Positions 21,046 to 31,015 of a DNA stretch of 64,000 bases are shown here, one piece after another (the stretch's first letter is position 1; every line of letters starts with the position of its first letter). A program made the translations under genes and the position numbers. Under the pieces are notes generated by a model. The model was not told the DNA's origin, did no database searches, and was given only the letters and a program-made list of their open reading frames with translations. The DNA comes from Candidatus Bathyarchaeota archaeon (GTDB lineage Archaea; Thermoproteota; Bathyarchaeia; Bathyarchaeales; Bathycorpusculaceae), in contig CAWHXY010000007.1 in assembly GCA_963833575.1 (NCBI GenBank), positions 128,001 to 192,000 of the forward strand. The letters run 5' to 3'.

Positions 21046-21582
21046 TTCGATAGATTAACGGAATTAGATTATTTTTCGTAAGTTTTGACATAAGTTTGAA
21101 GCTGCCCGTTCCCAAACCAAAAGGGTTCAAAACCTTTCTAGCCCGAAGACATATTGTAACTTCAGAAGTGGTGTTGAGAGGGAGATCACAGCATCAATTT
21201 ACTGGTAACTCTGAATCTTTAGTTCTAATTTCTAATTCTAAGATATATGTAATTGCGTAGTTGCTTAAAAGTATTATTTCTTATTTTATTAACAACCTGT
21301 CTTGAATTTATTTCCACATTTAGTACAAGTGAAAACAGCTAAGCAGAACGTAGAGTTCTCTAATTGTCTATCGGGAAAAGCAACAGTATTTCTGCATTTT
21401 GGGCATTCAACCATTCAAGAGGCACTTTTGAAGTTAACTTGCATTTACATGAAGAAACGGGTATAAGAAGCGATGTTGTCACAAGCTGGAACATCGATTT
21501 CTTACTCATGCAATTTTTTAAAAGTGCTTAGAATAGTGTTATAAGTAGTGTACGCACTCATAGGGAACTTAGTGGTAACCTG

Positions 21583-21795
21583 TTGGATAGGAAAGAAGCT
21601 GTTGCCTTAGTTAAGGAATTAGGCGATAGAGAACTGATTAGACCGATTTTTGTTATTCTACATGGGATCGAACCTTATAGGTACAAGGTGCAAATCAAAG
21701 GCGAATATGACTTCAAAGAAATGGAAATATTTCTTAAAGGTAGAGGATATTCTTTTGAAGAGAACAATGATTGCTTAATTATTTTCAAACAATAA
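21583..21795 (+). CDS. small hypothetical protein
   Basis: 70-aa TTG-start ORF with globular composition. Confidence 0.55.
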   Translation: MDRKEAVALVKELGDRELIRPIFVILHGIEPYRYKVQIKGEYDFKEMEIFLKGRGYSFEENNDCLIIFKQ

Positions 21796-22303
21796 TAAAC
21801 AAACAAGGTTGTATCAAATGGAACATAATGTTCTAAATGATACATCCAATAACGAGTTTTAAAATCCATGCTCTATACGTCACTCCTTCGCTCAGAGGTG
21901 CTGAAACCTCTTCGCTTAGTCGCTACATAAGTAAATTAATGATATAAACGACTAAAAGTAAGTAGGAATTGGCTTTTGTTTGTTCGTTTATCCGTTTGCC
22001 TAATTTGAGAAAAGAAGCTTAATTTCCAGTATTGGTACAGAGTTATCAATAAGCAAGAACCAATAGTTCTGATTTCTAAGTTCATAAGTATGGATCAGTC
22101 CATCATTTACTCGGGAAGGATGCAGTAAGAAGCAAGAAAAATATACATAGATCATTCTCAGAATTATCAAAAATCAATGCCTTCTAATGTGCGTTTAAAA
22201 TAGGCATCACGTAATAATAAAAAATTTTCTTTCACTCTCTCCTTTGTTATCCTTCGAGTTTTCCAGCCATTACCAGATTTTTTACAAAAAAATTTTGTAG
22301 CTA

Positions 22304-22954
22304 TTACACTTTTTCGAGGAAATCTGCTCTTGTCACCAGTCCGATTTTATCTCTTGCTTCAATAATCAGCACAGCATAATGAAAAAGAAGGGCTTGTGCA
22401 ATCTCGGCAATTGGAGTATCTGATGGAAATTCAGGAGCTTCATCAGTGATCTTCGCTTCTTTGATTGGCATTTCTTTTAGTTCCTGCAACCAATTATCTT
22501 TGGCTTTTGTCTCGGGATTCTTTTCATCTTTATTCAATTTTAACGGAGATAGCATTCTGTTCATTATTGTAAATTCGGTGATGATGTCCCATCTCCCAGT
22601 TTTTTTGTCATATACTGGAAGTTGACTGAAACCACCTTTCTTCATTTTGTCGATAGCCAGAGAGACAGGATCGTTAGAATCCACAAAGGCAACATCCACA
22701 GATTTGACATATATTTCAGCAACAGTTTTTTTAGGTAATGACGCAACACGTTCGAGAATTAATGAAGATAACTTTGATACATCTTCGATGCTGATTGGTC
22801 TTTTTCCCCTTAACTTTTTAGAGATGTTAGATTGGTCATCGTCAAGTTCTTTTTCTAATTGTCTTTGAGAAATATTAGCTTCATTGAGACCATCTCTGAG
22901 AAGTTTTAGGAGAGTTTCTTTTGGGGGAATTTGGATATATTTAGTTTCAGACAT
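22304..22954 (-). CDS. XRE-type HTH plus CBS-pair transcriptional regulator
   Basis: ANISQRQLEKELDDDQSNISKKLRG HTH; MKKGGFSQLPV and IGLVTRADFL CBS motifs. Likely start MSETK. Confidence 0.8.
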   Translation of the reverse strand: MSETKYIQIPPKETLLKLLRDGLNEANISQRQLEKELDDDQSNISKKLRGKRPISIEDVSKLSSLILERVASLPKKTVAEIYVKSVDVAFVDSNDPVSLAIDKMKKGGFSQLPVYDKKTGRWDIITEFTIMNRMLSPLKLNKDEKNPETKAKDNWLQELKEMPIKEAKITDEAPEFPSDTPIAEIAQALLFHYAVLIIEARDKIGLVTRADFLEKV

Positions 22955-23022
22955 TCCGCACACCATGAGGTCATTAATGACCTGATATAGGCAGATCAAG
23001 TACTTTAGCATATACACTCTCG

Positions 23023-24078
23023 ATGATAAAAATGACAAAAATGGAAAACCTCAAAGAAAAATCTCAAATAATTGATACATGGAAAGTAAAAGTTTCGCAT
23101 GGAAAATGGGAACTTCCGAAGAAACTTAAGTTCTATGGGCGATGGACCAAAAGTTTTGACGGAGACTGGCGTTTTGAGGCAATTGAAAAAAACATTAAAG
23201 ATAAGATACCTGTTGTTGGGAACGAGAACAAGTATCATAAGCTTTTAACTGGAACATGGAAGAAGGTAAATTCGTATAGTGAGCTAAGGAAATGGTCAGC
23301 TAAAAACAAAAAACCATTCAAGTATTCTTTGAAAAGAAAGCTCGCAATCCACAGAGAAGGTATTAGCGATCTTAATCAGAAATGGCAAGAAGTCATAGAC
23401 CTTAGATTAGACCTTAATTGCTCTGGAAAAACAGCATGTCCTTCTTGCGGTAATACTAACAATGTTTTATTAGAAGAAGGGAGAAGTAAGAAAATCATTG
23501 CATATACATACCAATGTTTGCCATGTCCTCACTGTAAATACCACTGTCACTTATGCCATAAAGAAGTTTATACTATCCATGATTCAGGCACTTTCCCAGA
23601 GGAATATTACACCTTTGAATATGAGGGAATGCCTTTTGAAGAAAGTAAGGGTTCGCTGAAACAGACAAAAAAATATTGGGAAGGAGTTTTCAATAGAAAG
23701 TACCAAAGATTGAGAAAATATTTCAAGAAGGAACATCTCCCCTTCACTACTACTACAAATCTCAAGAGTAATGAAAAAGTGATAAGTGATTGTAAAAAGA
23801 GAATCAAGCTTTGGCTTAATGAACATCCCGAGCTTAAGGAAAAGTTTTACGATAAAAAGACTAATGTTGTGAGAAGAGGAACAGACCACTGTCAAGTATG
23901 TGGAAACCTAATAAGAGTTTCTAAACACGCATGGAATAAGCGATACTGCTCTGAAGAATGTGGATTGATTGCCCAACACAACAAGTTTGTTGAACAGAGA
24001 AGAAATGATGTGGCATTATTAGAATGCTCTAAAGAAATAGATAAAATGCTCAGTAGGAGAAAGCCTAGGGAAGATTGA
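23023..24078 (+). CDS. basic multi-zinc-finger protein of unknown function
   Basis: CPSC, CLPCPHCKYHCHLC, CQVC...YCSEEC (TRASH-like). Confidence 0.7.
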   Translation: MIKMTKMENLKEKSQIIDTWKVKVSHGKWELPKKLKFYGRWTKSFDGDWRFEAIEKNIKDKIPVVGNENKYHKLLTGTWKKVNSYSELRKWSAKNKKPFKYSLKRKLAIHREGISDLNQKWQEVIDLRLDLNCSGKTACPSCGNTNNVLLEEGRSKKIIAYTYQCLPCPHCKYHCHLCHKEVYTIHDSGTFPEEYYTFEYEGMPFEESKGSLKQTKKYWEGVFNRKYQRLRKYFKKEHLPFTTTTNLKSNEKVISDCKKRIKLWLNEHPELKEKFYDKKTNVVRRGTDHCQVCGNLIRVSKHAWNKRYCSEECGLIAQHNKFVEQRRNDVALLECSKEIDKMLSRRKPRED

Positions 24079-24117
24079 ACGCTCCACACACTATAGTTTA
24101 CTGATAAGTGGTATAGT

Positions 24118-24246
24118 ATGAATTCTAAAAACGTAAAACCAATAGTAGTACACATATCTACTAAGGAGCTTATGGATAAAGCTAAATTAGTAGAATGTGA
24201 AACGTACGATAGTATAATTTTAAGAGCTTTAAAGAAACTCAAATAG
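24118..24246 (+). CDS. small ribbon-helix-helix-like DNA-binding protein (42 aa, not in ORF track)
   Basis: MNSKNVKPIVVHISTKELMDKAKLVECETYDSIILRALKKLK; ETYD..I.R pattern. Confidence 0.65.
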   Translation: MNSKNVKPIVVHISTKELMDKAKLVECETYDSIILRALKKLK

Positions 24247-24277
24247 AGCCAATAAACTTAGATAAAAGTGGCATTTT

Positions 24278-25138
24278 ATGAAAGATTCTATCTTTGAGTC
24301 AGAGTATTCTATCAAAGAAGCAATTAAGGCTTTCAAAGAGAGGGGGTTAGAAGCACTATCTACAAGTGAGAAAGGGGTTCTATTGTCATTAATGAAGTCA
24401 GAAAGAGATTACGTTATAGATAACCATATTTCAAGTAGACAGTTCGATCCAGACCCTGTAAATGAGAAGTATGAAGGTAAAGGTTACAAAGGGTATAGAA
24501 CTTTTCTAACTCTTACTCAGAATGAAGAAAATATGGAATTAATTATAGAAGAATGTGCTAGAATTCCTAATCGTGGCTTAATAGCTCTCGATCAAGTACC
24601 TAAAGTTAAGATCAATGAAGAGTATAGAAATCTCTTTCCAGAGTTAGCAGAAAGCTTGGAGAGAGAAGGACAATTAACTAAAGCTCTAAGATGTCCTAAT
24701 GGCTACTTAGTGGACGGAGAAAAGCGTAAGCTGTTATTAGGAGATCAATTAGAGACTATAGAAGTACCTATTGGAACAGAATGTTCTAACATGGTAGTTC
24801 TCACTCAAGAACAGAAAAGAGCGTGTGTACTGGATCTCTATAATGTAGTGTCAAATGAGACTACATTCAAAGAAGAAATTATTAATTTACTAATGAAAAG
24901 ATACGGTCTAAGCAGATCTACAGTCTACAGAATTATAGATCCTTCAATTCAAGAAGAGAAAAAGCAGAAGCAAGTAGCTAAACTGAAAGAACATCAAGAA
25001 CGAATATTTAGACTCAAAAACGATCTTAAAGGTCTGGAAAGTAGCTATCAAGAAGTAAGAACTAACCAAAGCAGAGAGAATGTCAGTACCCTGCTAATGT
25101 ATGTAGAAATGACTATTGGGCATATTAGGAGTCTTTAG
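24278..25138 (+). CDS. ParB/Srx-like domain plus HTH protein
   Basis: ELAESLEREGQL...NGYLVDGEKR (DGxxR) and RYGLSRSTVYRII HTH. Confidence 0.6.
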   Translation: MKDSIFESEYSIKEAIKAFKERGLEALSTSEKGVLLSLMKSERDYVIDNHISSRQFDPDPVNEKYEGKGYKGYRTFLTLTQNEENMELIIEECARIPNRGLIALDQVPKVKINEEYRNLFPELAESLEREGQLTKALRCPNGYLVDGEKRKLLLGDQLETIEVPIGTECSNMVVLTQEQKRACVLDLYNVVSNETTFKEEIINLLMKRYGLSRSTVYRIIDPSIQEEKKQKQVAKLKEHQERIFRLKNDLKGLESSYQEVRTNQSRENVSTLLMYVEMTIGHIRSL

Positions 25139-25228
25139 GAGAGAGAAAGTTTTTATGATTTTACTTACGGCGTGTGTTATACCCTTACTATTACTTTATT
25201 TAGTGATTAAGGACTAATTTGAGGAGAT

Positions 25229-25651
25229 TTGGTTTTGGCAAATAAAGATGAGAGTATACACGATAAGTCTTGGGCTGTAGAAATAGGAAAGGCGAGAGTA
25301 CAAAAATTAGGCAATCAGTATAGAGAATTAGGTTATTTTGTAATCGAGAATGGCGAAAATCACGCTGGAGTAGACCTAATTATTATCAGCACTCCAGAAG
25401 GTAGAATAAAGAAAGTTATCGAAGTCACTAATTACCGAAAACCTACATTCTTTATGAGTAGTGAAAGGTTTGAACGGTACATTAACAGCTTAACCTATTT
25501 TGAACGTATAGAGGGTATTGAGCTTGAATTAGTTGTTTCTTTCATCGATAACTTGACAACAAATCAAGTTCTAGAGCTTAAGAAGAACCACATCACCATC
25601 CGAGTGGAAGGTTCTCAAGATTTACCTGAAAAAAGGGCAATGATAAATTAG
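25229..25651 (+). CDS. PD-(D/E)XK-fold protein, Hjc/resolvase-like
   Basis: YRELGYFVIE...GVDLII...IEVTN; the catalytic K position appears to be T. Confidence 0.55.
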   Translation: MVLANKDESIHDKSWAVEIGKARVQKLGNQYRELGYFVIENGENHAGVDLIIISTPEGRIKKVIEVTNYRKPTFFMSSERFERYINSLTYFERIEGIELELVVSFIDNLTTNQVLELKKNHITIRVEGSQDLPEKRAMIN

Positions 25652-25680
25652 AATCTCAGAAAAAAGAAGGTTAAGAAATA

Positions 25681-25887
25681 ATGCGTAAACAACTAATGAA
25701 CCATAGTATAGTTAGTTATTATTCCAGAACGAGAGTTAGATTACGAGCTTTCGAAAGTGTGCAAATTCTAAGATCAATAGGTCTTAGTTACTCTGAAATA
25801 CAAGAAGCAATTAAGCAATTCTACGGTCTAAAACTTAGTCAATCTACAATAAGCGAGTGGCTAAACAAGAAGCACACTCCCCAATGA
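25681..25887 (+). CDS. small HTH protein
   Basis: GLSYSEIQEAIKQFYGLKLSQSTISEWL. Confidence 0.7.
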   Translation: MRKQLMNHSIVSYYSRTRVRLRAFESVQILRSIGLSYSEIQEAIKQFYGLKLSQSTISEWLNKKHTPQ

Positions 25888-26030
25888 ACAATCAAAAGGG
25901 TTCAATTATTTTGTGTAAAAGTATCAAAGAAGTTGAAAAAATGAATGGCAAATACTCTATCAAAAAACACTGTCCAAAACAGACAGTGAAAGAAATCGAA
26001 TTAAGATTTGCTTTTACTGGTGGTGATTAA
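25884..26030 (+). CDS. small hypothetical protein (48 aa, not in ORF track)
   Basis: ATGA overlap with the previous stop; ends 1 nt before the next ATG. Confidence 0.45.
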   Translation: MNNQKGSIILCKSIKEVEKMNGKYSIKKHCPKQTVKEIELRFAFTGGD

Positions 26031-26031
26031 G

Positions 26032-26769
26032 ATGTCTGATTATGAAAAATTGGTTAATGAAGCAATTGCAGAGAGAAAAGCTGACACTGAAGCTGAAGCT
26101 GAAAGGTTAGCAGCTAAAAGAATTCGGGATAAAGAAGAGAGCGATAGAATCAACAAGGTAAACGCTGACGCTGAAAAGCTAATGGTAGAGCAGAGAAACA
26201 TACAGTACAGAAACAATTTAGTCTTTGGTTTAGATGAGGAACAGATCAAAGATCTCGATGAGCTAATCAACTGTACTAAACAACTTTCACAAGGTAACGC
26301 TCAGTACGATCCACAAGAAAGGATTAAGACTCATCTAAAAGCTAAGATAGACATATTAAAGCAGCGTATCACAGAGAAGGGTAGAAACTTAGGCGAGATC
26401 ACTTTCATTAAAAAGACTTATTATGAAAGCAGTAAGGGCGATTACTTCCTGTTTTCAGATTCTAACGGTAAATATGGTCTATATGCTGGGGCGTTAGGAA
26501 GTTTTAGAACTACTAATCTATATCTACAGACAGACGCTAATGGTCAACCATTAAAGACAGTTGAACAGGGCATCATTGAAGGAATTCCACCGATACCGAT
26601 CAATAACTATCAGACAATCGTAGTAAAAGACAAGAAAGATCTACCAATAGCCACTATTCCAAGAAAACCTCTTTTTCCTAAAGACTATGAAATACCAGAG
26701 GAATCGATACCTAAAGGGGCAACACGATTCGGAGACAGAAAGAACGCTTTTGGGAGAAATAAGGCATGA
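26032..26769 (+). CDS. hypothetical protein with N-terminal coiled coil
   Basis: Start MSDYEK after ggtggtga RBS; charged helical N-terminus, beta-rich C-terminus. Confidence 0.7.
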   Translation: MSDYEKLVNEAIAERKADTEAEAERLAAKRIRDKEESDRINKVNADAEKLMVEQRNIQYRNNLVFGLDEEQIKDLDELINCTKQLSQGNAQYDPQERIKTHLKAKIDILKQRITEKGRNLGEITFIKKTYYESSKGDYFLFSDSNGKYGLYAGALGSFRTTNLYLQTDANGQPLKTVEQGIIEGIPPIPINNYQTIVVKDKKDLPIATIPRKPLFPKDYEIPEESIPKGATRFGDRKNAFGRNKA

Positions 26770-26927
26770 GATCTCGAGATGAGATCTTAGCTGATCTCTA
26801 TTTCAAAAAGCAGTTTCAAGGCACGTTAGCCGATAAAGCAATAATCGAGCTACTCTTAGACATTAGAAATCAAAACGAGTCTAATAACGGAAAGAAGAAA
26901 GCTGTTGTAGTTAGTGGTTTTAAATAA
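26766..26927 (+). CDS. small hypothetical protein (53 aa, not in ORF track)
   Basis: MRSRDEILADLYFKKQ...IIELLLDIRNQ; ATGA-coupled to the upstream gene. Confidence 0.5.
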   Translation: MRSRDEILADLYFKKQFQGTLADKAIIELLLDIRNQNESNNGKKKAVVVSGFK

Positions 26928-26967
26928 GCTTGGTTTGAGTTACGTTTTAAGTTACAGCGAGAAGGCT

Positions 26968-27177
26968 TTATCGCTTGATTCTTCTTCTCGCTCCACTGCT
27001 CGTATTAAGAGTCTTGTTGTGTTCACTTAAAACAAACCTTAACGCACCATTTCTAAAATATTCTCTATATCGATTTCCACAGTTTGAGCATTTAAACATC
27101 TTAACATTAAATGATCCGAAACGCCATTCTTTCGAAGGATTACCTAATTCTATGTTGCATTTGGGGCACTTGGGCAT
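26968..27177 (-). CDS. Cren7-like zinc-ribbon protein
   Basis: CPKC..PSKEW..VKMFKCSNCGNRYRE resembles the Cren7 P.K.W...G.F.....GK.FR pattern. Confidence 0.55.
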   Translation of the reverse strand: MPKCPKCNIELGNPSKEWRFGSFNVKMFKCSNCGNRYREYFRNGALRFVLSEHNKTLNTSSGARRRIKR

Positions 27178-27300
27178 TTTTTTTCCCTCGGTATATAATT
27201 TGCGTTTACCATTTATATAATTTAACTGGCAACGTAGCTTTCCAATTTTGAGATAAGCTTTTTAACATAACTGATTGATACGCTTGATTCAGGTAAGAGT

Positions 27301-29742
27301 TTGATGAGTAAGAAAACTGAGGATTCACCGATTGTTCAAATAAACTTCGCTATTCCACCACAGACACATACTTCCATGTATCTTATGCACAAATATTGGG
27401 CAAGAAAACCGCATAATGTGGTAAGAGAATACATTGAACATTATAGTTCAGAGGGAGATGTGGTTCTTGACCCCTTTAGTGGTAGCGGTGTGACAGCGAT
27501 AGAAGCTTTGAAAGCAAAAAGGAAAGCAATCGCCACTGACCTTGACCCTACATCAACATTTATCACTAAAATGACAATTAGCAACGTAAACTTGGAGGAA
27601 TTTCAGAAAAGCTTTGACAGTTTAAAAAAGAATCTAAAAATCAAGATTGATCCTCTCTATGAAACAATTTGCCCAAAATGTGGCGTACACGTTTTCGCTC
27701 AAGCAGCAATATGGAACGAAACTGAGCTTAAGGCGATAAGACTATCATGTAAATGTTCAAAAAAGACACTTTGGAAAAAACCTTCAAGATACGATTTTCA
27801 AAAATTGAAAGAAATTGAAAACACCAAAATTTCACATTGGTATCCAAAGAACCGATTAGTTTGGAATACCCGAATAAATGTTAACAAAGGAGAGGTCGTA
27901 TCAGACCTTTTTACTAAAAGAAATCTCATCTCTCTTTCTCTAATTTTTGACAAAATAAACTCAATCAAAGATCCAAAGATCAAAGAGTTAATGCGTTTTA
28001 CTTTTACCTCTACACTTGGTCAGGCAAGCAAAATGGTATTTGTGATAAGAACAAGAGGAAGAGCAAAAGGTGAACAAGTTAAATCCAGTCCAGAGGTTGG
28101 AAGTTGGGCAACCAGAGGATATTGGGTTCCCCCAGAATACTTTGAGATCAACGTTTGGAATTGTTTTGAAGAAAGATTTAACAAAGTTCTGAGAGGAAAA
28201 ACTGAATCCAATAATGAACTACCAAATCCTTCAGAAGCAGTTGATTTTGAAGATTTGAAAAAGAATAAAGACTACTTGATTAAAAACTTGGATGTAATTG
28301 AGTTATCTTCTCTCATTCCAGATGAAAGCGTTGATTATGTTTTTACAGATCCCCCTTATGGTGATAGCGTACCATATCTTGAACTGGATTATCTTTGGTC
28401 ATCTTGGCTCGGTTTTAATCCTGATTTTGGTAGTGAAATCATTATTAGTGATAGCCCTGACAGAAAGGAAAAGAACTTTGATATGTACGGTAAAATGCTT
28501 TCAACAGCCTTCAGAGAAATTTATCGAGTGCTTAAGAAAGGAAAATATCTAACTGTAACTTTCCACAACACCGACATTCAAATTTATAATTTAATAATTA
28601 GCACAGTGGTATTGGCAGGTTTTGATCTTGAAAAAATCATTTATCAACCACCAGCAAGAACATCGCCTAAAGGTTTACTCGCACCTTATGGAAGTGCTGT
28701 TGGTGACTATTACATTAGGTATAGAAAACCTGAGGTAGAAAGGGGAGTAATCAACAATCAAGAAATTGACCAAGAAAGGTATGAGCGAATAGTAGTAGAT
28801 TCTATTAAACACATTATCGCTAAAAGAGGAGAACCAACTCCATACTCCATAATTGTCAACAATTATTCTGTGATTTATGAACGACTAAAAGATAACGGTT
28901 TGCTCTTTACAGCCCCACAAACTGTTGAACAAATATTAAAAAAAGAACTCAATAAGGAGTTTATTTTAAAAGACAACAAATGGTGGTTTAAAGATCCCTC
29001 AGTCGTTCCATATATTGAGCAAGTTCCACTTAATGAAAGATTAGAAATCGTAGCCTTAAATGTCTTAAACCAAAAAATCAAAGTTACGTTTGATGATGTT
29101 CTCAGAGAAGTCTTTACATTATTTACTAATGCACTAACACCCGACATACAAGGTGTAAGAGAAGTTTTATCAGAACTTGCTGTTCAAACAAAAGATGGAA
29201 AATGGATGCTAAAACCGAGTATAAAACAAAGACTAAGTGAGCATGACACTATTGTTGAAACAATCGCCAAAATTGGAGAACTTGCTGGGTTTACCGTTTA
29301 TGCTGACATCCCAAACTACAGAGTGAAGTTAAGTCTTCCGTCTATTCCTCAACAGAATTTAGACCGTATCCAAGAAATTGATGTCTTATGGATTAAAGAT
29401 GGGAAAATTGCTTACGAGTTTGAAGTTGAAAACTCTACTGGAATAACGGAAGCAATAGTTAGAGGCTCAAACATTCCATACACTACCGTAAAAAGGTACA
29501 TCGTCATTCCAGAGGAAAGACAAGCATTCTTTTATCAAAAAATCTCCGAACCGCTGATTAAAGATAAAATAGAAAAATTATGGGGTTTTGTTTTCTACGA
29601 TAGCATTGTTACCTTTTACGAGCAACACAAAAAGAAAACAAAAGTTGAAGCATCAGACTTCGACAAAGTTTGCAGTGTTCTTAAGTTAAAAACAATTAAG
29701 CAAGAGACAATTCAAGGTTTTGAAGAAAAGAAAGAGAAGTAA
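27301..29742 (+). CDS. amino-DNA methyltransferase (Zn-ribbon type) fused to C-terminal PD-(D/E)XK endonuclease domain
   Basis: HKYWARKP, LDPFSGSG (motif I), CPKC..CKC, FTDPPY (motif IV), C-terminal IDVLW...FEVENST. Confidence 0.85.
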   Translation: MMSKKTEDSPIVQINFAIPPQTHTSMYLMHKYWARKPHNVVREYIEHYSSEGDVVLDPFSGSGVTAIEALKAKRKAIATDLDPTSTFITKMTISNVNLEEFQKSFDSLKKNLKIKIDPLYETICPKCGVHVFAQAAIWNETELKAIRLSCKCSKKTLWKKPSRYDFQKLKEIENTKISHWYPKNRLVWNTRINVNKGEVVSDLFTKRNLISLSLIFDKINSIKDPKIKELMRFTFTSTLGQASKMVFVIRTRGRAKGEQVKSSPEVGSWATRGYWVPPEYFEINVWNCFEERFNKVLRGKTESNNELPNPSEAVDFEDLKKNKDYLIKNLDVIELSSLIPDESVDYVFTDPPYGDSVPYLELDYLWSSWLGFNPDFGSEIIISDSPDRKEKNFDMYGKMLSTAFREIYRVLKKGKYLTVTFHNTDIQIYNLIISTVVLAGFDLEKIIYQPPARTSPKGLLAPYGSAVGDYYIRYRKPEVERGVINNQEIDQERYERIVVDSIKHIIAKRGEPTPYSIIVNNYSVIYERLKDNGLLFTAPQTVEQILKKELNKEFILKDNKWWFKDPSVVPYIEQVPLNERLEIVALNVLNQKIKVTFDDVLREVFTLFTNALTPDIQGVREVLSELAVQTKDGKWMLKPSIKQRLSEHDTIVETIAKIGELAGFTVYADIPNYRVKLSLPSIPQQNLDRIQEIDVLWIKDGKIAYEFEVENSTGITEAIVRGSNIPYTTVKRYIVIPEERQAFFYQKISEPLIKDKIEKLWGFVFYDSIVTFYEQHKKKTKVEASDFDKVCSVLKLKTIKQETIQGFEEKKEK

Positions 29743-29798
29743 CCAAAACAGATGAAATACGTATGAAAACCTAACAAGGACATTACTCTCCAAAGTAT

Positions 29799-29903
29799 CT
29801 ACTTATTGTTTTTTCTCTTGGGTTCTGTGAGGATCAGATAGAGTATGCCTACAAAGATTAGAACCATGAAGATAAGAGCAATAGTGAATAAGCCATTATC
29901 CAT
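29799..29903 (-). CDS. 34-aa single-TM peptide coupled to the integrase stop
   Basis: MDNGLFTIALIFMVLIFVGILYLILTEPKRKNNK; TAATG overlap with the integrase. Confidence 0.5.
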   Translation of the reverse strand: MDNGLFTIALIFMVLIFVGILYLILTEPKRKNNK

Positions 29904-31015
29904 TAAGACTCCTTCTTCTCATATTTTTGTTTTGCCAATACTTCATGTGTCAGTTGTTCTATAGGTGTCCGTTTTATTTCATCAATTCCCTTTGCTATGT
30001 CTGGGGTAGAAACTTCAGTAATATTGTATTCTTGCTGTAATTGCTTAATTGCTGCTCTGATACTGTCTTGTGGTATTGTTTTCTCTATAACCTTTTGAAG
30101 AAGTTCAATTCTTGTTTTTAATATACTGTTCTCTTTTTCAAGGCTCGATACTACTTCTTCGAGTTTAGAAACTTTACCGTTACCATTTTTAGGTTCTAAA
30201 GGCATTGAATCAATTACTCTTTGCCACGAGTTTTTCAAGTCGTTTCTATCTAGCATATAGGTAAGTAGTGAACTATCAACAGACTTGAATGAGAGAATCT
30301 TAACTATTGGTTCACTAAGACCTAAGTTTATTGCTGCTGAAATCCATATTTTACGGAATAGATGTTGATTGATTCTTTTGTTAAATCCAGCAACAGTACA
30401 AGCATTTACCATCATTTTATCAATCCCTCTTGCGGTTGTTGGAAGTTGAATATTAGCTGTTTTCAACTGTCTAAATAACGCTTGAGTTTCTGGAGTAATG
30501 TAGACTTTACCAACTACGTTTTCTTTTTGGCTTAATACTAAAAACTCACCACTCTCTATTTGATCTGAAGTTATTTTCAATAAGTCGCTCATTCTCGCTG
30601 GGCAATCACGACTAAGACTAACCCATGCTTTAACAGCAACATCATTGAATTTGTAGATCTTCTGTATATCTTCAAGTGTAGGTCTCCAACTCTCAATTTT
30701 AATTCCGATCTTAGGCAATTTGTGTTTTAATTTTAAAGGCTGTCCAATATAAGTAAAGAAACTCTGTATTGAAACAACTCTCATACGAGCAGAGTTTTGA
30801 CTTAATTTCTTCTCGGATTGAAGCCATTGAAAAAACTGTAGTACTCGCAATTCAGGTTTAGGTAAATCCTTTAGTTCTTCAGTCTTACTAAGTTCAAGAA
30901 ACTCAAGGAAATATTTAATTGCTGAATGGTATTGGGTTCTTGTTGATTCACCTAATATTTGGCTTAACCATTCTTCTTCTAATCCCATATTCTCATTCAT
31001 TCTTTCGCTCTCCAT
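29903..31015 (-). CDS. tyrosine recombinase/integrase
   Basis: N-terminal core-binding domain (STRTQYHSAIKYF), ARMSDLL (R), SQKE (K), HLFRK (HxxR), LTY (Y), C-terminal coiled coil. Confidence 0.85.
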   Translation of the reverse strand: MESERMNENMGLEEEWLSQILGESTRTQYHSAIKYFLEFLELSKTEELKDLPKPELRVLQFFQWLQSEKKLSQNSARMRVVSIQSFFTYIGQPLKLKHKLPKIGIKIESWRPTLEDIQKIYKFNDVAVKAWVSLSRDCPARMSDLLKITSDQIESGEFLVLSQKENVVGKVYITPETQALFRQLKTANIQLPTTARGIDKMMVNACTVAGFNKRINQHLFRKIWISAAINLGLSEPIVKILSFKSVDSSLLTYMLDRNDLKNSWQRVIDSMPLEPKNGNGKVSKLEEVVSSLEKENSILKTRIELLQKVIEKTIPQDSIRAAIKQLQQEYNITEVSTPDIAKGIDEIKRTPIEQLTHEVLAKQKYEKKES

